DNA of 248,000 nt from Wallemia ichthyophaga EXF-994 (taxonomy: Eukaryota > Fungi > Basidiomycota), in the NCBI RefSeq assembly GCF_000400465.1, contig NW_008806282.1, positions 20,001 through 268,000 on the forward strand. Direction: 5' to 3'. The notes under the pieces are model-generated. The model searched no databases, was not told the DNA's origin, and saw only the letters and a program-made list of their open reading frames with translations. The translations under genes were made by a program, and so were the position numbers. This document shows, in pieces, positions 43,364 through 57,286 of the stretch; within the stretch, counting starts at the first letter, position 1; every line of letters starts with the position of its first letter.

Positions 43364-45460
43364 TCAAACTCTCTCCCACTCTTCAGGTTCGGGCCAACGA
43401 GAAGTAAACCAATTGCCCATCAATTCATTGATTGCGGGTATGTCTTTCTCCTTCTTGACGTCATCATTAAGGCAGATAAATGTGGTATCTTGGTGTGTAT
43501 CTGCCATATCAAGTTGCTGTTTTAGTTGAGATGGATTGTACACTTTCGTGAACTGTGACGGCGTTTCACCAAATACGTGGTTGTATCTCATTATCAGCCT
43601 TGCTGCAAATGACCTGGGTGACGTTTCCCCGTCTAAGACAGTGTTCAATTTAAAATCAGCGTCGTGCCAGTCGTCGTTCAGTGGAAGATTTGGAACCCCA
43701 CTAAACTGTTTAAGGCTGTCTTTAGGTGGTAGAAAGATTTCCAAACCTTTGCTACCTCCTTGTGAGATTAACTGAGTGATTACTAACCCTTCTGTCAGCT
43801 GCATCGGGATATTCCGAAAGTACTTACTGCAATCACCGCAATCACCATATTGTTCGAATGCAATATGCTTAAACAACTCTTCGGCTGTACTTCCTTGCTT
43901 GAAGCATTGCTCTTTTGTAATTGTGCAAGCTTTCAACCGTTTATCATCTCTCAAATCAGGCCACCCATGGCGACTGAGCAATCTATGCCATATTTGTCGA
44001 AGATAACCAGGACCATAGCCATCCATACTTGAAAATGCATACTCGGTGTTGAGTGGTTTGGGTATATGTGCATTATTCAGAGTTTTTTCGAGCTCTTCAT
44101 CCTCAACCGTCACTCTATGTGGAACGTAAACTTGGTGCTTCAACGACTCACCGCCTGTGAGTTCACTCCACATTTTATCTGTGTCGATTACTTGATTGGA
44201 AGCGCCCCATTTTCCTACTATCCATGACCACAGCAGAGCCTCACGATGTCGCTCAGTTATGAACCATGAAGCAAAAAAGAAGGATTGGATAGCCCAAGGA
44301 GCATCTTTTGTATTTCTGAATCGTGCTAATGTGACGTTGTTGAATGAGTTGTCAAACATTATGGCAGCCTCATTGAGGATGGGCAGCGACAGACTGCGAG
44401 CGTGATGTGCGATATAGGGTCTCCACCTCATACCGAACCGTCTTCCCAGAACCCAAGACGATCTAGCAATAGCGACACCTTCGCCATTCCGTGATCCTAG
44501 AGGCTTTTCTTGTGGAACGTACATACTGTAACTTAAACTACGCAGAACTGGACCGTGAAGTGGGGAGTAGTAGTCGCTGACCTCGTTATTCTTAAGTGTA
44601 AAAAAGTCATCGTTGTGGTAAACTATAGTGTCTGATTGGGCGTCTATGTTGTGCATTTGACCTTCTATAGCAAATGAGTTGAAAGTTGGAAGTGAGGCGG
44701 CCCTCCATTCAGCATTGAGATTATTCAGCTGATCTTCTGTTAATGATTGAGACTCGGGAATCGTAGGCATACGCCGGAAGAAGTTGAAGTGATGGTGCAT
44801 TTCAACCTTTTCATGATCGTTCAACCAAAACGGATGCTGTGCAATCTGGTTACCACCTTCCGGTGAGTCGTACGAGGAAGCAAGAATATGATACTGTCCA
44901 ACATTCTGTCCAACTGAGCGTTCGATTGATCTGAGTGCGTATCTAAGTTCATCGTGTTCTTGATAGCGGTGCTGGCTATCAACTTTCTGATCAGAGAATG
45001 CTTGCAAGGCAGAGATCTGCACGGGATCGCTGTCAATTTGTTAGGAATGTGATTGATCGCTCAATCGAAACGCTTACCTTCCGTTGACCCAGGGGAAGAC
45101 AGGATCGATAGTGCTAAATTTCTTAATATCAACGTCTTTGCAATGCTCCCCCCAAATTCCAGCCCCAATCCACTCGTCCACGCAGAGATCTGGCAACGCT
45201 TGATGAAACTTGATAGGTCGTACAGCTCTAGAGGCAGAATTTGGAGGATTTGAGCTGGAAAATACCTCGTGGCTCTCATCCTGTCCAACAACGATCAATT
45301 TGTATATCTCTTTAACCTCGCCATTCCCTTTGTATGTGTATACAATCAACAGGAGCAACAGGACAGGAATGGCGAGTAACTTGGTGGCATTGTTCTTCAC
45401 GCTTGCTTGTGTTATAGGCAGCGGCAAGTATCCATTATGCCTGAATTTACTGAAGACCAT
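43364..45460 (-). CDS. Stealth-family hexose/xylosyl-phosphotransferase (Xpt1-like)
   Basis: N-terminal TM; IDPVFPWVNG, DELRYALRS, FNSFAIE, NDDFF, FICLNDD. Confidence 0.8.
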
Positions 45461-45779
45461 CTCAGCTGCTCACTGCATAGATCAAAAGTCGGCCACAGCG
45501 AGATCGACTGCTTAGACCAAGTCAAAATTTATTGACGTTGCCGCTTTGTAATTGCGTGTGCATGTAAGTGCTTGAATATCTAAATTATTATCTATATCAA
45601 TTTGTGTTTATAACATCACATCCAGCTCTATATGTTTAATTTTCCGAGCGCAAAAATTAGGAAGAAAGCTTTTGTAGAGCTGCTTTAAGGCATTATGCAC
45701 TTCAGAAAAAGAAATACACCAGCTTGATTTTCAACCTTAGTCAAATTTTCAGCTACAATTTACAATACAATTACAACTC

Positions 45780-46796
45780 AAAAACACATTCCAGAGTAGC
45801 CGGATCAACGAACTGGATACATTTGAGTCTATGGAGAAGATGTCAGTCACATTCCTCGCAAATGCCAGGTGCATGAGCCCACCTTCCATCAATCACTAGA
45901 GTCGTTGCCGGGTCGACCTCGCCGTCTTCGCTCACGCCAGCATTCATTATAATGTAGTTGATACTGGACGCGTCAATTAGTGAAACAAACGAACGAGCGT
46001 CCTAACCCACGTATTCAATGTCTCATCAACAACATCACAAACTGTAATTCCCTCGTCGTTCTCAACTCTGCTGACGTGATCGCCTACGTGAAGGTCGAGT
46101 TTATGCTGAGGAGGTTCTGTCGCCATACAGTAGTACGTCTGAGGATGGTCTACTAGTTTTTCCCGATAAACATTGTCTGGCAGAATAACCTCCACGCTGT
46201 CGAGCGTTGTGCACGACCTATTGAACCAGAGTGCGGCGAGTGAAGGGTGTGCTTTTACTGTCCTCACTTTGCTGCGTGAACGACTCCTGCTACGTGATCT
46301 TGAGTTGGATTCTTGTCTTAGAGACCTGCTAGAATTCCCTGTACTAATTTAACATTATGAGGCGAGGGAGTAATTCAAACTCACTAAGCGGTCTGACCAT
46401 ATCGACAGCCTCTTCAGGATGCTCGACTTGCATATGGGCCATTTCTGCATCCACCTCTTCCAGAACGTCATCTTCCTCACTGGATGACTGTGTTTTCCAA
46501 TTGATCGGTCCTCTTCTGCCTCTGCTTCGCTCCTCACTGGCTGCTCTCTTGCCAATGCTTTGGAATGTATCTCTCACGCCATTTCTGTGCACTGAGCGCG
46601 ACCTGCTCCTCGATCTTGATCTGTCTGGTCTGCCTATTCTTGCATTGGCTGACACAGCTTTCCAGCTCAAGTTGTCGTCGAATAGCTCCCGCAGCGTACT
46701 GCAACTCTGCGATAGCATGTCCAACGAGGCTGGGTCTAGATACTCTGGCAACAACAGCAATATCTCTGACGGCAATTCAAGTAGACTGTAGCTCAT
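45780..46796 (-). CDS. F-box protein
   Basis: SLLELPSEILLLLPEYL..LSQSCSTL F-box; 3' end approximate. Confidence 0.55.
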
Positions 46797-47005
46797 CGTT
46801 GTTGGTTTGAAACAAGTGGAATTCATATCCGTGTGGATGACATCACTCTCACTCTTCCCCGCCTCACGCTATCCGCGAACCGCTTGAAGCGAGCGTCTAA
46901 ATTTGCCAAGACTGTCAATTTCATTGTGTTTATTTCTACATTACACGTGATAGCGTGTTCATGTTAAATCAATGTGTCATTCTGATACAAGTAAATCAAG
47001 TAAAA

Positions 47006-49769
47006 TTAAAGATTATTTACAGACGTTGAACTCCTCAAATGAGAAGCATTTCTACGTATGCTGTTCCGTAAATTGGCTCGAACGCCTCCTGAACGTGTAG
47101 ACACGTCGTCCGATATTTGATTGCTATGTCTCATAGAGGCTTGTATAGCTGCTTCAGTTTGGGCTATTTCCATAGCATCTGTGTTTGCGCTAGAAAGGTC
47201 TTCCTGTCTCACTCTCCTCCTTCTTCTCCGTCTTGGCAGTGTAGTGAGCTTCGGCATTGGACGATGGTCCAAATCTACTGATACATTGGTAGATGCTTGT
47301 AGTGCCTTTTTGTATACGTTAGATTTATATCTTTTCATATACTATATACCCACCTCAATCCAGTCTATCACTGATGACTGGTCGTATGCCTGTATAAGAA
47401 ATTGCTCCTTGACACCCTTGTCAGACAGCAAACGAACTCTAATAACATTCCGTCGCTTGACATAGTCTGCTGCAAGGCCGCTTTCGGCATTTTGTAACGA
47501 ATATTTCCGCAGTAAAGTTGGTGCATACTTGACGTTATTCGCAGGTGCATTTATATGATTTTGGAATGATGGTCTTTGCGCAAGAAGTTGTGGTAGCGCA
47601 GGTACTGGAGGAATAGGGGCATCTGCCGGAGGTGGTTCATGTACATAAGCACTTTCAACATCTGCTTCATTAAGATCGTTAATTTCTGAAGAAAGCAGTG
47701 CACGACCGTGATCCCATTTGTCTGCTTTGTATATTTTCAATACCGTACCATGTAATACCACGTAGACTCTCCTCCATGTCCTGTCTCTCGCTTGGTTGCC
47801 AGGTGACGTAAACTCCATCTTGCGTGGCATTAGTCCTTCAATATGTATACCACACTTATATTTCGGTAGCTTCTCTCTGCCCTCTTCCTCGCGAGGTCTT
47901 ATTATCCTCCTTATTCCACCAAAAATTGTCTCACGTAATGCAACCTCGTCGTACTGTGGAGGTGCCACCATCATATTTGGAAGCGACAATCTCCTCTTGG
48001 CTGCGTTAGGTGTTCCATGGGCGGGCAACGGTGTAATTGGGGGAGGTGGACTGAGTGGCGTGCTATTGAATATCTCCTTCCAATTACGACGCTCTTGCTC
48101 CATCTGAGCCGAGTGTGCTGTTGCAGGTGACGTTGGTGGGCTAGTACCGACGCCAATCTCGCGCGTACTTGAACTACTCTGAACCAAATCGTCGACCTCA
48201 ACAACTGGACTGGATGGTACTTGGGCTCTTTCCTTTCCTTTGAGAGTAATGTCTTTCTCGCCATTCAGCGGAGAGTTCAGCCCTACTCCTAATCCCTCGA
48301 TCACTTGAGGCGATTGAAAGGAGGATAGGTCTGTAAGTGACCGAGACATTTGCCTGCCGCAGGTTTTGGTACTTGCTACTGCGAGCGATGGAGCTTCATC
48401 AATAACATCCTTGTTAAGTTGAGTGACGTCTTTGTGAGACGTTGTCCGGTTTGGTATACTAGTTTGGGTGGGTTGTGTAGGTTGTAAAGGTTGCTTTGGT
48501 TGCGGTGGTGGTGGAGACGAGTCGACGCTGGTCAGCATGATTGAACTCGTTAATCTTCGCAATGCCTCTGGTGACCGTGAGCCTTCTTTGGCAGAGTCCT
48601 CTGATGGGCGAGCATCGTCTAGAGTACTTTGAGTGTTTTGCCTTGATCTCTGCTGAACGGTGACTGAGGATGCAGTTCGCTGATTCAACTTTGGTGGCAG
48701 CACGGAGGATGATTTTCCTGGAGTGCCATTGGCACCTGGGGATATTGGAATGGCACGAGGTGTTTGTGGGGGCACGAGAGCATTTGAAGGCGGCAGGCTA
48801 AAGTAATCGGTCGTTGGTGCATGTGGAGCACTTGGTCGCCTATATTGTTCTACTTGCTCGTCTTCGCCGTCGTCATCCTCAAAGCTATCTTCACTGTCGA
48901 TATCCTCAAGTTCGGAAGCTTCGGCAGTTTCGGCGTTCTCGTGGCTCTGCGAAGCTTGCACAGTAGATGAAGGGGGCTTTGAAGGATCAGCTGAGCCACG
49001 GGCGAGCGTGGGGAGTTGCCGAGCAGCTCTACGGACGTCTCTTGGCGAAGTTGGAGGAGTCGCGTGACTGATGAACTGATCACGAATCGGCGGTGGAGGC
49101 TGCGCTAAAGGATTGAAGGGAGAGAAAGTGGGAAGACTGAGACCTTTAGGCGTGGAAACTCCTGTGATTTATTTAGTGAAGCGCTATGACATAAAGTAAT
49201 AGCTCACTTGGTATAGGCGAGAAAGTGGATAAATCTGGGGGAGCCAAAACATCATTTTCAGGTGACAAGGGTTGTTCACGGATGCTTTCTTGGTTATTCT
49301 GTGGCTGTGGCTGCTCCGACTCGAGCTCTTCGCTGTAGTTTGGCGGGTGATCGGTATGTGGGACACCGTGGGGCACCTCAGTATCGCTGTGCTGCTCGTG
49401 GTGCTGCTCGTGATGCTCAACATCGCTGATCCTAGGGCTATTGGAAGGCTGTGAACTAAAATTGGAAGCGTGCTTATCGGCTAGGGAATAAGTTAGCGTG
49501 CGAGTGTGGATAGGCAGAGCGAACGCACCCTTTGAGGAAACATTAACATTCTCATTGCTGCTGTTCTTATTTGATTGATCGACTGGGATTATTGGACTCG
49601 TATCGCTATTCATTCCACCCAGATTGTTGTATAGGGATCCTCGTTTCGGCGGAATGAGAGCTGCTCTAACTGCAGAAGCGATGTGATGCTGGTGCTGCTC
49701 AATCTCCTCCTTATTGTCTGTAGATTGCTGATTCTGCTGCTGCGTACGCTTCTTGAACAGATTCTTCAT
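47006..49769 (-). CDS. PH-domain protein with long disordered N-terminus
   Basis: LPKYKCGIHIEGLMPRKMEF..RTWRRVYVVLHGT..YSLQNAESGLAADY. Confidence 0.7.
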
Positions 49770-50059
49770 CAACGTAGTTATTCAATAGCTGTGGCGTGTA
49801 TATCGCGTGCCAGTCTAACCGAATTCTTGGTTATTCATGTCAACAATTCCAATCCAAATCCCTTCCATTATCCCACTTACCAATTTATATCGGCGAATCG
49901 TCGTTGAGGATTGAAACGCTTCCCTGGTTAATCGTTAATCGCAATGACGAGGTGAGATATTTTGTTTTTTAAAAAAAATAAGTTATAAATCTCAAACATC
50001 ACAGAAATAAGGGAAAATCTCGGGAAATTGTTGACGACGAGCAGCTTCTAGGCCACGAG

Positions 50060-51571
50060 ATGCATCATCTTAGCACCGACGACGACGCCGACAAAGATCG
50101 CGAGCATGTCAGCGACTGGTCCACGTTCTGGGGTGAACCTGATCCCTCTGAATCCAATGGGATTCGCTCAAAGTATCTTTCTCCTTTTTCTCCCTTGCTA
50201 TTCGCTAACTCCCACTTAGTTGGAAGAAGAACTTATACCAGCTCTTACAAGAACCTACAAGCTCACAAGGCGCTTTCACAATACACATATGTGTCACTCT
50301 TCTCATCGTTATCGCTGCCCTTCTCACCATTCTCGAGACTATACCCAGCTTCAGAGCGATAGATTCGCGCATTTGGTTCGGTTTTGAGACTGCTATCGTC
50401 GTAATTTTCACAATTGAGTACTTTGCTAGAATCGCTGCTCACTCTGATTCTTGGGTCCGTCTTATTCTCTTCGGTTATCTCGCCGCTAACCCTACTCAAG
50501 TCAATGCTCTGGAGATGGTCAAAATCCTTTTTTGCTCTTATAGATCTCGCTTCTATTCTTCCTTACTACATTGAAGTTGCTATACAAACCGACGCAGTAT
50601 GTTCAATTGTCCAAATGTCTTACTTGTCTCACAGCTGACGCCTTACCACAAAGTCCAACTTCTTCCATTTTTCGATACTGCGGACGTTTCGACTACTCAG
50701 AGTCTTCAGAGCCTTCAGATGTATGTTCATCTTCCCTGACCGTTGTTGAGAGCCTAATCTCTGCTTCAGACTCGAGTAAACTGTTACTCACCATTGAAGT
50801 GATGGTGCTATCTTTCAAGAGATCTGCAGATGCACTCATTGCACTGTCTTTCCTGGTCTGTACCCTCGTCGCATTATTCGCTACCTTTTTATACTTTATT
50901 GAACGTGGAAGCTGGGACGCAAATCTTGAACAATTCATGAATAGCGACGGCCAGCCTTCTTCTTTTGAAAGTATACCTGCTGCAGCTTGGTAAGGTGCTT
51001 ATTTCTATTTGAGAACCAGCTAAAATCATCCTTTAGGTTTGTTCTGGTCACCATTTCCACAGTCGGTTATGGTGAAGTTACGCCAACGACTACGATAGGA
51101 AGATTAATTACTCTACCTTTGCTTGTGTTTGGGTTACTGCTGATTGCTTTACCTTCTTTTGTCTTGGGGAGGAACTTCTCGATTGGTTGGTGGTTACTGT
51201 ACGTCTAAATACAACACTGACACAGCAAACTAGTATGGGACACTGTCACATCACACCATAACACAGAGACAATACCTAAGAAACGCAATTACACAGCTGT
51301 TCCAACAGCAGCAGGTTTCGATATTCCATCTGAGCCAGAACCAATTTTCGACTCGCGCCAACCTTATGGTAGTTCCGACAATACAGCACTCAGACCTAAT
51401 ATGGACAACAGGCATAATACACAAACTGAAGAGAATTATTTAGCTAGTACAAGCACAATGAGTAATGAATCGAATGTTGTTGATGAAGTAAAGTCACTCA
51501 GACTAGCAATAAATCAGCAGTCTCGCGATATCAGAATTCTCATGGATGCTCTGTCGCAGCGGCAGATTTAG
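50060..51571 (+). CDS. Voltage-gated K+ channel (6TM, Kv/Shaker-like)
   Basis: IDLASILPYY S3, S4 ILRTFRLLRVFRAFR, pore TISTVGYGEV. Confidence 0.85.
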
Positions 51572-51741
51572 TTCTATTCCACCTTGCTGATCTTGCTGTT
51601 TTGATTCGGATAAATTTGTAATTTGCAATTTGCAATATAGTAATATGTATCTTAACTCTCAACTAACGTTACAAAAGTAACGCAAGTTCTAGACAGGATC
51701 ATGATAGCATTGATACCCAATCCCGTTGAATTACTCAACAT

Positions 51742-53094
51742 CTAGAAATATTTTCCTTTTAAAGCGTAGTTGTTTTTGTTTGGCGTTGTAGATGCCATAG
51801 AAGTGTCATCATGTTCTGGTGTATCTTTCAACATCCACGCTATCTGGGGAGGACTATACGGCGTTGGGGCCACGAGAGACCTTCCACTAGGGATTTGAGA
51901 TGTCAATGATTGTGATGAGGGTATGATTTGAAAATGAACCTGAGGTCTTGGTCAGATTTTTGGCAACGCATTGCAATTCCATATGCATACAGTGTCATTC
52001 AGCTGTTTGTAGGCTTTGAGAAAGGTATCTATAGAACCAAGCTCGATGTCTAATTCATTTTTGCGTTCATCGCGAGCCTTTCGAGTGCTCCTGCTCAATA
52101 TTTTAAGCCTCTCTGACGGACTTGAGGAAACACTCTCGGTGAGTTGCTCAGAAGCAGTCTTAAGCCACGCTATAGCAAAACCAGTATTACCGTTATTTGC
52201 AGCGTCGATACCGAGCCATTTTTTTGCCACTCCGGCATGAAATATATCTCTTCTCTTCATATAAGCTTTGAGATCTGCGGGTAAGTCGACATGCTGAACG
52301 CGCAGAGTGGATTTGATAGAGCTTTTCAGCATGACTCTCGAGGCATTAAACAGAGATGACGTATCTAGGTGCAGTTTGAGCAGAATTTGAGGAGATGGGT
52401 GTGTCTTTGGTATCGGTGGTCCGGGGTTGTGAAGCGTGTAAGCGTGCAGAGGTGACATCAGTTTCCTAATAGCTAGCGATTGTGAGACAGCCAAGCTGAG
52501 CTTAGAAAGACCGCTGTTATACTCTCTATTGAGTATTGGCGTGTCTGCGTCACGAGCACCCTCGTACCTATCGATGGCGGTGTCTGAAATGTATCTAAAC
52601 ACACCAGCTGAAGTGTTGAGAAACCCAATAGCGGTTTGAAGCACATTATCACCTTCTTTTCTGCTGCTTTCTGGTAATGTCGGTATAGAGTCATATGATC
52701 CAATGTTTTCTGCCAAGCCTTGGGCGTGATTAAACAGAGCTAAAGCATACACATGCAATACGTGTATAGTTTCGAATGTGAGGCTGCTTGATGAACTCGA
52801 TTTGCCTTTAGCCGATAGCTGTGAAGGCACAGTCCATACGAAGGACTCGTCGGATATAGCAACAATCGAATCATTAAGAGCTGCTCTTTCAAGTGAAAGG
52901 ACATGAGGCAAATAGTCCAATACGGATGAAACCAATGAAAGATGATCCCTCTTATCTGACTTGAGTGCTGAGTAGATATGCGCACGCTTGGCCGTGGATT
53001 CCGAGGCACGAGAGGAGTAATCTGCAGAAGTTGTAGACGTGAACATTTTACTGAACCAGATTGATTGAGTCGTTGGATATTGTAATCTAATCAT
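51742..53094 (-). CDS. Bro1-domain pH-response protein PalC
   Basis: YPTTQSIWFS N-terminus, Bro1-like helices, YKQLNDTV, IPPGRS C-terminal motif. Confidence 0.65.
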
Positions 53095-53142
53095 GATGTG
53101 ATGGGCGTATTGAACAACGCGTTTCTCACTTACACGTCCAAG

Positions 53143-56100
53143 ATGTAAATACGCGCGATTAGACAAAATACGCAACTGACGCAACACAGGCCACTCGAAT
53201 GGATCGAAGTGTATGACTTTAAATCTTACAAAGGCAGACACAAGATTGGTCCATTCAGCCCTTTCTCGTGCGTTATCGGCTCAAATGGCGGGGTGAGTAT
53301 ACTGCCATTTGGGACAATTCCACACAGTTTACGTGTTTACGCAGGGCAAATCTAATCTCATGGATGCCATCTCTTTCGTCCTCGGCGTGAAATCTGCTCA
53401 TCTCCGTGGTTCGAACATTAGAGATCTCATTTATCGTGGCAGGAGAGTGGGCTTGGAAGACGGCGATCAGGTTGATCAGACTCAGGAAGGTCAGAGCGAT
53501 TACTATTCTGCTCAAAAAGCCTCCGTTTTGGCTCAATACACGAGCACTTCTGGACGCGAACTCAAGTTTGAGAGAACGTGGGTGTGGAATATTATAAAGC
53601 TATTCAGCTTATCTGCTTTCAAGTATAACAATCTCTGGTTCTTCAGAATACAGGCTCAACGGCAGAGCTATCAGTTATGCAGACTACAATCAAGCACTCG
53701 TTAAAGAGAACATCCTCGTAAAGTCAAAGAACTTTCTAGTCTTCCAGGTGTGTGTGGAGATTGCGAGTTATTACACAGCTAATCCTCTATAGGGAGACGT
53801 TGAGGCAGTCGCGACGCAGTCATCTTCGCAGTTGTCGAAACTCATTGATCAAATATCAGGCTCGATAGAGTTCAAAGAGCGTTATGAAGAGACTAGGGGT
53901 GCCCAGGAGCGTGCAAACGAAACATCTGTTGCTCAAGGTTTGAAGAGACGCGTTTTGAATGGTGAAATTAAACAATTTAAGGAGCAAACATCTGAGCTCA
54001 AGCGTTTCGAGGATATGAAGGACAACAGGGTAGGCTTAAGGATTGAGGATCTCTTCGATTAGTTCTCACGTGCAATCCAGAACAACTTGATAATTAGGCT
54101 ACTGTTGATGAAATTATACCACATAGAAGCACAAATAACCACTAATACCGATGCCATCACCTCTAAGCGAGATCATTTGCAAGATCTACAACAACAACAA
54201 GTTAGTCACTGTACTATATCAGCACCCGCACTAACGCCATTCTCTAGGATGGAGCCAAAAGAGAGCTTAAAAGAGCTTCAAAAGAAAAAGCGGAAGCTCA
54301 CAATAAGACAATCAAATGCGAAAACACCATCAAATCTAGCCAGCGTGACATCGATAACAAGGTAGGTGAGAAAATGCCAAAGTTGCACAATCCGCTGACG
54401 CAAGAGTTAATTAGACTCCAAACATTGTTGCCCTTGATGCTCGAATCAGTCATGCTCGTACAAAGCTTAGAACATCAGAAACAAATGCCTCCCGTCTCCA
54501 AGCTGAAGTAGAAGAATTGCAGGAGTGTGTAAATAGGTACAAGGTAGATGTGGATAAGATTGAAAAGGCTGCCGGTCGTGCACAAGCCGAAGCTAGAAAA
54601 CTAAGCGAACAGCGCGGTGTTAATTTATCTGATGAGGATTTGAATGAGTACAGGCAGCTGAAATTGCAGGCAATGTCACTCGCACCAGAAGCTCGTCAGC
54701 AAGTTGAGGAGCTTGGACGTAATGAAAAAACGTCAAAGTCTTCGTTGAATGCAGCCAAATCACGTCTCAGTGAAGCCGAAGCTAAGCATGAGAAACTAAA
54801 GCTTGATGAACGCCGAAATGCTGCTAATGTGGAAGATACTCGAGATGGATTTCAGACTGCTCAAAGCAATTTGCAAGAAGCCAAGCAAAGGTATGACAAT
54901 TTACTTAATGAGAGGAACAAGATTGGTCAACTCGAAACTGAAAAGAATGAAAAGTTGCACGCACTTCTCGGTCAACTTTCCAGCGCTAGCCACGATCTCA
55001 GACAGACAGAACGCGATAACAAATTCAAAGACGTACTCATGACCCTGAAAAGGATGTTTCCAGGTGTTAGAGGAAAATTGGTAGATTTATGTCAACCAAC
55101 TCAGTCAAAATACTCCACGGCTGTTGTGACGGCATTAGGAAGGAACGTAGAATCAATAGTTGTTGACGATGAAGCTACCGCTATTCAATGTATCGAGTAC
55201 ATGAAGGCTCAAAGAGTTGGAAGCGCTACATACCTTCCACTAGACTCTCTTCAAGTCAAGCCAGTACAAGAGCGACTCAGAACTTTGTCATCTGGGGCGA
55301 GATTGACAGTGGACGTCTTGAAGTATGACAACATTTACGAGAAGGCTGTTCATTTTGCAGCAGGTAGCTCTCTCATTTGCGACGATATGACCATTGCGAG
55401 AGATTTGGTTTACGACAAACATCAAGATGTTAAGGCAGTCACCCTGGATGGCACGATTATTCATAGGTCAGGTCTGATAACAGGTGGTCAGGGCGCTAGA
55501 GATTCTGGTAAACGGTTTGACCAAGCTCAATACGACCAAATGATGCGCAGGAGAGATGAACTTGTAATCCAGCTGAAGGCATTGAGGAATAAGCGTCCTC
55601 AGCCTAAAGTGGACGAGGAACTTGTGCAGAACGTCAGGAAATGTGAAAATGATGAGCACAACTCTAAAGACAGCTTTGATGGAGGTGTTAGTCGTTTAGA
55701 TGGTACTCAAAAGGAATTAAAAGTTGCTGAACTCAATCATTCAGAAAAGTCAATGGAGTTGGACACTATGCGTTCTTCATACGATGCACTCAAACGTGAA
55801 CTGGATGATGTACTCGCTATAGTCCATAGAGCTGAAGATGGAGTGTTTGAGCCGTTCTGTGCAAGAATTGGAATAGAGAACATTCGTGAATACGAAGACC
55901 GAGAAGGTCGTGTGGCCGCTGCAGAAAGCGAGGCTAGAGTAAAATTCGAAACGCAAATAGCCAAGCTCAACAATCTGCTCCGCTTTGAAGAAGAACAGCT
56001 CAAGACGTCTAGCACGCGTCTTGAACGTCTTCAAAATAAGCTGGATAGTGATAGGCAGAATCTTGCGACATTTGAAAGTGAGAAGAGATCGCTCCAAGAG

Positions 56101-57286
56101 ATAGTAGATGAGATCAAAAACACAATCGCCACAAATGAAGCTCTTCTCAATGAACTGAGAGAGAGTGAGCAGAGTATTGCAGAAAACGTTGACAGTGTCA
56201 GGCGTAACTCACATAAGGCAGAGCGCCAATATGACGGTGCTTTTAAAGACATTGCAAACAATGTTAGTCTTTTCATTATTCGGGAATGCATTCACTAACT
56301 TTCTCTAGAACGACAACATTAGGATGCTGGCAAGTGAACGGTTCTCCATCTACCGTAAATGTAAAGTAGACGAATTGCCACTGGATCTTGTCGCTGGTAG
56401 CTTGGATGATGTACCATTGGATGCTGACTTGAAGGAGATTGAGCCAATGGATGTCGACGATGACGAAGATGCTACGCAGCGTGCAGTCCAGATCGAAGAC
56501 TATGGCATCGAAGTCAATTTCGATGGTGTAGAGGACGAGGACGAATTGACAGAGGAAGCTGAGTTAAAGTACCAACAAGAAATTGCTCAGATGAGTGAGG
56601 AAATTGATAGAATGGCTCCCAACCTCAAAGCCAGTGATCGGTGAGAAATTTAAATATCCATATCACGCATTGACTGACACTAAGATAGTTTATCTGATAT
56701 GAAAAAGAGGCTAAGTGAAACTGAGAAAGTATTTGAACATGCTCGAAAAGAAACAAAGCAAGCTAGAGATGCATACCAAGACGCGAAAGCTTCCCGACAA
56801 GAGTTATTCATGCAGGCTTTCGATCATCTAAGCAGTAGTATAGATGTCGTCTACAAGGAATTGACCACTTCGCGTGCCAATCCAACTGGTGGTACTGCAT
56901 ATTTGTCGCTAGAAGATGAAGACGAACCATATAATGCTGGTTTGAAGTATCATGCGATGCCACCAGGCAAACCATTTAGAGATATGTACCAGCTATCCGG
57001 TGGTGAGAAGACAATTGCAGCAATGGCTCTGCTTTTCGCCATACAGACGTACAAACCGTCTCCGTTCTTTGTTCTTGACGAGGTTGACTCTGCGCTAGAC
57101 AATCAAAACGCCGCCCAAATAGCCAAGTATCTCCGAAACCATCTGCGAGAATCACAGTATATTTTCATTACACACTCTTCTAGAGTGTATGAGAGAGCTG
57201 ATGCTTTGGTTGGTGTGTTTAGGAATGGTGACATCAATTCTAGTCAAGTTCTCACCCTTGATCTTACTCAGTACGATGAGCCTTAA
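53143..57286 (+). CDS. SMC1: Cohesin subunit Smc1
   Basis: MPLEWIEVYDFKSYKG (AT^G split), GKSNLMDAISFVLG, hinge, LSGGEKT, FFVLDEVDSALD. Confidence 0.95.
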
